NCBI GenBank assembly: GCA_046290495.1
Contig: JBKAGT010000005.1
Coordinates: 257,550-321,549, forward strand
Direction of reading: 5' to 3'
Origin: Chlorobiota bacterium
GTDB taxonomy: Bacteria; Bacteroidota; Ignavibacteria; Kapaibacteriales; UBA2268
Length of the DNA: 64,000 nucleotides
The notes under the pieces are model-generated. The model searched no databases, had not been told where the DNA came from, and saw only the letters and a program-made list of their open reading frames with translations. A program made the translations under genes and the position numbers. Positions 58,433 through 64,000 of this stretch are shown one piece after another; position 1 is the stretch's first letter; each line of letters starts with the position of its first letter.

Positions 58433-60575
58433 TAAATCTTATTGGAGCCATATTACCTACCATTTCAAGATAATAATAATTTAATGCATTTTTGACATTC
58501 AATGTGAATCTAGTTTTGGTATCAAAGACATCAGTAAATGCGGCTAAACTAATATCTAATATATGTGCATCAATTTTTAAGTCGTGATTATTAATTGCTA
58601 GACCCAATCTACTATCTATCTCATTGTATTGTGACTTATATCTGTAATCAAGCTGAATTTGAAATGGTAACAACCTATACACGAAAGAATTATAAAATAA
58701 TATATTTGAACGATATTTAAGATCTCTATCTAGTGTCAAATCTCTTGGACTAAGATAAGTTAATGATGAATTTACTTCAAAGTCATTTTTATACTTATAC
58801 TCCAAGTTTATCTCAGCCCCATTTATCCTAGCTTCAGTAATGTTTTTGAATTGAATTTGAGTTAATTGATCTACGTTAAAGTCTGGCTCAATTAAATCTT
58901 GAAATTCGTTACTAAATCCAGATAAATCTATGTTCAAATAATGATCAGATTTTAAAAGATTTGTACTTACTCCCAATTCGATTGATTGACTTTTTTCAGG
59001 TTTTAAATTTGGGTTTTCTATCACACTAAAACCTTGAAATTCAACTGTTGCAAACCTTTCAGCTAATGATGCTACTCTAAAACCTAGACCAAAAGATCCT
59101 CTTAAACTAATTCTATCCCTCAATTTATAATTAAGACCTAACTTAGGGCTTAATCTTGGATTAGTTTCTATGTTTTCTATTATTTCTTTGTCAGCCCTTA
59201 ATCCTACTGTGGCAATTAAGTTGTCAATATTTTTATTCTCGAACTGTACAAAAGCACCTGCAATACTTTGAGTTATTGATGCGTAAGTCTCAGATTCAAC
59301 CTCATTAACTCTTAATTCAAAACCTGTTATTATTGAATTATCATCATCAAAACTTAAAGAGTATTGAGGTTCTATATAATAGGAAACACCCTTTGATTCT
59401 CTGAATTCGGAGTTGTCAGAATCAAGCATATTAGAGAAAAATGTATTAAATAATCCTGCTCTAACATCAATGAGACTGTTATCAGTAATGATGTTTCTAT
59501 ATCTAGTTGAAAATGCTAGCTTGTCGGACTTTATTCTTACACTTTCATCTGTATCCGTAGGAGGAATTAAAGCTGAATCCAAACTATTCCAGTATACCCA
59601 ATCATCTGTATTACTGGTAGAGTAGTTAAGAGTAGCATATATTTTTGATTTGTCATTGATATCATAGCTCTGCTTTAAAAAAGCTGAGTATCTTTCACTC
59701 TTATCGAACCTTTTATAACTATCTTGATCAAATAGAGAAAATGAAGCAATCAATCCATAGTCATTAAATTTTTGAGAGTATCCAATATCTAAACCAGAAT
59801 TTAATTGAGGTTGATCACTCCAATTCCATTGATTGTACTTTGTATCTGTAAACAATCCACTGTAGACTCTAGCTCTGACAGTAGGTTCTACTTCAGGTTC
59901 TGATGTTAATACATTTACAACACCTCCTAAAGCTGAAGTACCAAATAATGCTGAACCAGCTCCTTTTACTACTTCTACCCTATCTACAAACAAAATTGGG
60001 ATAATATCAAACTTGATATCATTATTATCCGCAGAAAGTAATGGAAATCCATCTTGTAAGAATATAGCTCTTGAACCAATACCAAATGAAAAACCTGAGG
60101 AACCTCTTATTGAAACATTATCTTGATTTACTTCCACTCCAGGTACGTAATGTAATGCGAAGTCTATTGAAGTTATATTCCTAGTAGATAATTGTTCTTT
60201 TGCTATAGTTGAAACTGAAATAGGTACATCCTGTTTAGCTTCTACTTTTTTGTTAGCACTCACTACTAACTCATTAGTTCTAAAACTAAATGGCTCTAAC
60301 ATTATTACAATATTTCTATCATTAAGATGAATATTAGTGTAGTTTTCATAACCTACATATTCAACTTCTATATTAACACTATCTGAGTTTGTCTCAATAT
60401 TAAATCTACCATATTTGTCAGTTATAGCACCTTTTTCAGTTCCAACAATACTTACACTCGCACCAATAATAGGAGTTTCATTTTCATTGTCAATTACTAC
60501 ACCCTCTATTGCAAAGAGTGAATAGTAGAAAAATAAAAGCATGAATAATTTAGAAAGGTTGTGGCGGAAAATCAT
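58404..60575 (-). CDS. TonB-dependent outer-membrane receptor with an N-terminal carboxypeptidase-regulatory-like domain
   Basis: Signal peptide. A CarbopepD_reg-like N-terminus (GVVIDNENETPIIGASVSIVGTEKGAITDKYGRFNIE). A plug region. A beta-barrel ending in an aromatic residue (...FQIETEF). Confidence 0.75.
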   Translation of the reverse strand: MIFRHNLSKLFMLLFFYYSLFAIEGVVIDNENETPIIGASVSIVGTEKGAITDKYGRFNIETNSDSVNIEVEYVGYENYTNIHLNDRNIVIMLEPFSFRTNELVVSANKKVEAKQDVPISVSTIAKEQLSTRNITSIDFALHYVPGVEVNQDNVSIRGSSGFSFGIGSRAIFLQDGFPLLSADNNDIKFDIIPILFVDRVEVVKGAGSALFGTSALGGVVNVLTSEPEVEPTVRARVYSGLFTDTKYNQWNWSDQPQLNSGLDIGYSQKFNDYGLIASFSLFDQDSYKRFDKSERYSAFLKQSYDINDKSKIYATLNYSTSNTDDWVYWNSLDSALIPPTDTDESVRIKSDKLAFSTRYRNIITDNSLIDVRAGLFNTFFSNMLDSDNSEFRESKGVSYYIEPQYSLSFDDDNSIITGFELRVNEVESETYASITQSIAGAFVQFENKNIDNLIATVGLRADKEIIENIETNPRLSPKLGLNYKLRDRISLRGSFGLGFRVASLAERFATVEFQGFSVIENPNLKPEKSQSIELGVSTNLLKSDHYLNIDLSGFSNEFQDLIEPDFNVDQLTQIQFKNITEARINGAEINLEYKYKNDFEVNSSLTYLSPRDLTLDRDLKYRSNILFYNSFVYRLLPFQIQLDYRYKSQYNEIDSRLGLAINNHDLKIDAHILDISLAAFTDVFDTKTRFTLNVKNALNYYYLEMVGNMAPIRFINFQIETEF

Positions 60576-61032
60576 TCCAATTTACCTCTATGTCTATTTT
60601 TAATGAGTCACCCGGATTTATTACAACCTCACCAGGATTCGATTTATTGGTTAATGTATATACACCAACAACTCGCTGTGCTTGGATATCATCTTCATAG
60701 TTCCATGCAATTATAATATACTTAAATGTTTGTGGTGCGTCCTCTATTTCTAAAATAACTGATGATTCATTAACACCATATTGAATTGAATTAAGTTTTA
60801 ATACAGCGTTTCCGTTTATTAGTTCCTGAATCAAACTTTCTGATGGAGGTAATTTGAATGCTGCTACGCTCATCCCCTTAACACTATCTTGATTTGGCCA
60901 CTCGCTTAAGAAAGATATATTACAATTTAGGACTGCATCAGTATCTAATTCTCCAATTGGTTCCAATCCTTTATCACAGCTAGATAAGACAATCAGTGAC
61001 AATACTATTAAAATTATTTTGAATTGTATCAT
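60550..61032 (-). CDS. Hypothetical lipoprotein upstream of, and overlapping, the TonB-dependent receptor gene
   Basis: Lipobox (LIVLSSCDKG). 160 aa. Its stop overlaps the receptor start by 26 nt. Confidence 0.45.
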   Translation of the reverse strand: MIQFKIILIVLSLIVLSSCDKGLEPIGELDTDAVLNCNISFLSEWPNQDSVKGMSVAAFKLPPSESLIQELINGNAVLKLNSIQYGVNESSVILEIEDAPQTFKYIIIAWNYEDDIQAQRVVGVYTLTNKSNPGEVVINPGDSLKIDIEVNWNDFPPQPF

Positions 61033-61095
61033 AAAATAAAACTATTCAATTTCGTTTAACTGATATAATTGTAAATATAATAAAGGTAACTTGAA

Positions 61096-61683
61096 ATGAA
61101 GAATTTAAAACTATTTTTTTCACTTGCTATGTCTGCTTTACTGTTCATATCTTGTAGTGAAAAGAAAGATTCACATGAGATGAATAAAAGTCAGAATGAA
61201 GTTAATGAAAAAGTTTCTGAAATTGAACAAAATATTGAATCAGCAATTTCAGTATTATATCCTACTGAGGGAAATGAAGTTAATGGACAAGTTACTTTTA
61301 CAAAAATGCCTGACGGTAGAATAAAAGTAAATGCAGAAGTATATAATTTGACTCCTGGTAAGCATGGATTTCATGTCCATGAAAAAGGAGATTGCTCTTC
61401 AAATGATGGGAAATCTGCAGGTGGACATTTTTTCACAGATCATGATCATCATGGATCACTTGATGAACACAAAACACACGTGGGTGATTTAGGAAATTTG
61501 GAAGCCGATGAAAATGGTGTAGCCAAAACTAGTTTTATCACCGACAAATTATCATTAAGTGGTAAAGATAACATTGTTGGAAGAGGTGTTATAGTTCATG
61601 CTGGAGAAGACGATACAAAAACTCAACCTACTGGAGGAGCAGGAGCAAGAGTTGCCTGCGGTGTTATTGGAATAAGTAAATAA
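61096..61683 (+). CDS. sodC: Cu/Zn superoxide dismutase, periplasmic (lipoprotein)
   Basis: Motifs GFHVHEKGDCS and GGHFFTD, plus the C-terminal GGAGARVACGVIG. Lipobox LFISCSE. Confidence 0.85.
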   Translation: MKNLKLFFSLAMSALLFISCSEKKDSHEMNKSQNEVNEKVSEIEQNIESAISVLYPTEGNEVNGQVTFTKMPDGRIKVNAEVYNLTPGKHGFHVHEKGDCSSNDGKSAGGHFFTDHDHHGSLDEHKTHVGDLGNLEADENGVAKTSFITDKLSLSGKDNIVGRGVIVHAGEDDTKTQPTGGAGARVACGVIGISK

Positions 61684-61707
61684 AAATATTAAAGTACAAA
61701 GGTAAAA

Positions 61708-61743
61708 AAGGAATCAGCATAGTTAGCTGATTCCTTATTTTTT
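61708..61743. terminator. Bidirectional rho-independent terminator (serves sodC on + and tRNA-Leu on -)
   Basis: AAGGAATCAGC-atagtta-GCTGATTCCTT flanked by an A-run and a T7 run. Confidence 0.7.
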
Positions 61744-61744
61744 G

Positions 61745-61829
61745 TGCGAGAAATGGGACTTGAACCCATACCACCAAAAGGTGACTGCCCCCTCAAGACA
61801 GCGCGTCTACCAATTCCGCCACTCCCGCA
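61745..61829 (-). tRNA. tRNA-Leu (GAG), long variable arm
   Basis: Reverse complement reads GCGGGAG/TGGCGGAATTGGTAGACGC/GCTGTC-TTGAGGG-GGCAG with anticodon GAG. Variable arm TCACCTTTTGGTGGT. T-arm ATGGG-TTCAAGT-CCCAT. Acceptor TTCTCGC+A. Confidence 0.75.
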
Positions 61830-61835
61830 AATAAT

Positions 61836-62648
61836 CTATTCTTTCAATTTTTTGAGAGTTTCAATGTTTATCTTCCATCTACCAAAATTTTCATCATCAT
61901 ATGGCCTAGAGCCATGATAGTCAGAACCACCCGTAGCAATAAGTTTATTTTCTATACACCATCTTCGCCAATATCTTATATAATAATCATTATGAGACGG
62001 ATGCATGACTTCTATTCCATCTAATCCTGAATCAATCATATATCTCATCTCAGACTTTGTAACGTATCTATTAGGGTGAGCAACAACTGCTTTTCCACCT
62101 GCTCTATGTACAAGTTCAATAGCCTCTTTTACTTCAAAGTATTCTTTTTCTTCGAAAGCTGGTAGATCATTTCCTATATACTCATCAAAAGCTTGTTTAT
62201 AATTTTTTATATAACCCTCATCTAGCATTGCTTTTGCAATATGAGGTCTTGTTATTGCTGCACCTTTGGCATCATTTCTAATTTTGTCAAGATCTAGCTT
62301 AATATCATGGTCAGCTAATTTAGCTACCATTAATTCAGCCCGTTTTTCTCTTGATTTTTGAAGAGAAATCAGTTTTTCGTTTAACTCATCATGTTCTGGG
62401 TCGATTGCATAAGATAATAAGTGAATTTCTTTTTCCTCTACATGTGAAGTAATTTCAATACCCGAAATAAATTCAAATTTGTAATTATTAATTAGAGTCA
62501 AGGCTTCTTTAACTCCTGATAAAGTATCGTGATCTGTAATGCTTAAACCAGACAAACCTGCTTTTTTGGTTTTCTCAAGCAGTTGTTTGACTGTTAAAAC
62601 ACCATCAGAATGGACAGTATGAGTATGTAAATCAGCTTGTAAATTCAT
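61836..62648 (-). CDS. PHP-domain (polymerase/histidinol-phosphatase-like) metal-dependent phosphoesterase
   Basis: The N-terminal ADLHTHTVHSDG and the later HPSHNDYY and GGSDYHG motifs are typical of the PHP family (TrpH/YciV-like). Its start overlaps the proS stop by 1 nt. Confidence 0.7.
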   Translation of the reverse strand: MNLQADLHTHTVHSDGVLTVKQLLEKTKKAGLSGLSITDHDTLSGVKEALTLINNYKFEFISGIEITSHVEEKEIHLLSYAIDPEHDELNEKLISLQKSREKRAELMVAKLADHDIKLDLDKIRNDAKGAAITRPHIAKAMLDEGYIKNYKQAFDEYIGNDLPAFEEKEYFEVKEAIELVHRAGGKAVVAHPNRYVTKSEMRYMIDSGLDGIEVMHPSHNDYYIRYWRRWCIENKLIATGGSDYHGSRPYDDENFGRWKINIETLKKLKE

Positions 62649-64000
62649 TACTTCTCATAGTATTTAGAAACTTCATTAATTACATCATCATATTTTAATT
62701 TGATTTTATCACCTGTATTTCGTTGCTTCAACTCTACTTCGTTATTTTCTAAACCTCTATCACCAACTGTAATCTGTATTGGGATACCCAATAAGTCCGC
62801 ATCCTTAAACTTGAATCCAGGTCTTTCCTTTCTATCATCTAAAAGAACATTAAGTCCATTCTTCTCTAAATCTGATTTGAGATTATCACAATGAGTTTTT
62901 ACTTTATCAGATTTTTCATAAGCAAGACCTAAGATGTGTACTTCAAATGGAGAAAACTCTTTTGACCATTTAAGACCATTTTCATCATAGTTTTGTTCAA
63001 TTATACAAGCAAGCGCTCTTTCTACACCGATACCATAGCTACCCATTACAATTGGTTTTTCTTTCCCATTCTCATCTAAAATTTTAGCTCCAATTGCTTC
63101 AGAATATTTAGTTCCTAATTTAAAAATATGCCCTAACTCAATAGCATTAACCACTTTCAATGGTTTACCATCGATAATGTTTGGTTCACCTTCTATAACA
63201 GTTCTAAAGTCATGATATTCAACTATCTTACAATCCCTATCCAAATCAATATTTTTGATATGAATACCATTCTTGTTAGCGCCACTTACTATACCATTTG
63301 CTCCTTTCAATAGTTTATCAGCATAAATGCTAACATCTTCAGAAACACAAATGGGACCTATAGAACCAGGATTAGCATTAAAATATTTATTAATCTCTTC
63401 ATCTGTAGCAGGTCTAGTATTATTAGTTTCAAATATTGATTGAAGCTTAGTTTCATTTAGTTGATCTGTCCCCCTCATAAGTATAAGGACAGGCTTAGAG
63501 TCAACTATATAAATTACTGACTTAGCGCATCTTTCAATTGGTAAATTGTGATTTTCTGATAATTCAACAATTGTTTTTGAGTTTGGGGTATCAAACTCCT
63601 CAATGCGTTCTTCATTATCTATTCTGCTTAATGGTTTAACATCAGAAACAGCCACCTCTATATTTGCAGCGTAACCACTTTCATAATTGACTGCACAAGT
63701 GTCCTCACCGAATTCATTTTCCACCATAAATTCCTGTGATTTACTACCTCCCATAGCACCTGATGAAGCGCCAACTACAAAATAGTTAATTCCGAGTCTA
63801 TCAAATATTCTTTTATAAGCTTCATAATGCTTTTCATAACTAATATCTAATCCATCCTCATTACTATCTAACGAGTATGAATCTTTCATAATAAACTGTC
63901 TACCTCTCATTACACCCGATTTAGGTCTAGGTTCATTTCTAAATTTATTCTGGATTTGATACCATATCTGAGGTAAATCCTTGTAAGATTTAATACTCTG
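62648..64000 (-). CDS. proS: Proline--tRNA ligase, 3' part. The N-terminus lies beyond the window end.
   Basis: Class II motif-2 region ...YQIQNKFRNEPRPKSGVMRGRQFIMKDSYS is readable without a stop up to nt 64000. A C-terminal anticodon-binding domain (...HILGLAYEKSDKV...GIPIQITVGDRGL...). Confidence 0.85.
   Translation of the reverse strand, partial: QSIKSYKDLPQIWYQIQNKFRNEPRPKSGVMRGRQFIMKDSYSLDSNEDGLDISYEKHYEAYKRIFDRLGINYFVVGASSGAMGGSKSQEFMVENEFGEDTCAVNYESGYAANIEVAVSDVKPLSRIDNEERIEEFDTPNSKTIVELSENHNLPIERCAKSVIYIVDSKPVLILMRGTDQLNETKLQSIFETNNTRPATDEEINKYFNANPGSIGPICVSEDVSIYADKLLKGANGIVSGANKNGIHIKNIDLDRDCKIVEYHDFRTVIEGEPNIIDGKPLKVVNAIELGHIFKLGTKYSEAIGAKILDENGKEKPIVMGSYGIGVERALACIIEQNYDENGLKWSKEFSPFEVHILGLAYEKSDKVKTHCDNLKSDLEKNGLNVLLDDRKERPGFKFKDADLLGIPIQITVGDRGLENNEVELKQRNTGDKIKLKYDDVINEVSKYYEK

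Noticed and set aside
1-64000. Search for CRISPR arrays, transposases, integrases, phage genes, restriction-modification or toxin-antitoxin pairs
   Set aside because: No regularly spaced direct repeats and no recognisable recombinase, defence or toxin motifs were seen in any ORF translation. The window appears to be core genome.

Overview
The window is AT-rich (about 30% GC by eye), densely coding chromosomal DNA from a bacterium of the Fibrobacteres-Chlorobi-Bacteroidetes (FCB) group. I see no CRISPR array, transposase, integrase or phage gene. It reads as core genome rather than an accessory island, so the findings are unusual gene architectures and not one clear new system.

- **Lineage clue:** at least six proteins end in the type IX secretion (T9SS) C-terminal sorting domain, for example ...GTYFVMIKTGSRIYREKVIFLK and ...NSGTYYYQLTVDGHTFTKKMVVIK.
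- **Content:** mostly housekeeping genes plus six tRNA genes, read by anticodon as Met, Asp, Val, Leu-CAA, Arg-TCG and Leu-GAG. Several clean rho-independent hairpins are present, many usable in both directions.
- **Recognisable genes:**
  - Partial genes at the window edges: the uvrA 3' end and the proS 3' portion.
  - Electron transfer / redox: etfB-etfA plus a bifunctional-nuclease/UVR-domain gene; a di-haem cytochrome c peroxidase with an upstream lipoprotein (MbnH/MbnP-like); Cu/Zn superoxide dismutase.
  - Cofactor synthesis: Mrp/ApbC followed by a Cys-less Nfu-like ORF.
  - Amino-acid catabolism: 1-pyrroline-5-carboxylate dehydrogenase; a leucine-catabolism-like acyl-CoA carboxylase cluster; a fused formimidoyltransferase-cyclodeaminase.
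  - Cell-cycle, cell-wall and envelope: scpA/scpB, alanine racemase, a Wzx-type flippase, PBP2, a Wzz-like chain-length determinant, an O-antigen-ligase-like protein, a TonB-dependent receptor.
  - Peptidases: S8 and S9 peptidases, and two secreted TldD/PmbA-family genes.
  - A DUF3391-like / HDOD / GAF-histidine-kinase signalling trio.
- **Items worth follow-up:**
  - A GlmU-type uridyltransferase domain fused to a VOC/glyoxalase domain instead of the usual acetyltransferase beta-helix.
  - An overlapping tldD / membrane protein / pmbA trio whose proteases carry signal peptides, running without a visible terminator into a Wzz/Wzy-like/PBP2 unit.
  - A tandem pair of about 690-aa BNR-repeat T9SS paralogs.
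  - A lipoprotein built from three beta-sandwich-like repeats, each starting with D-C-C.
  - A split DUF3391 plus HDOD signalling module.
  - A degenerate Nfu-like ORF.

Every call rests on reading the ORF translations and the DNA by eye. No database search or computation was run.
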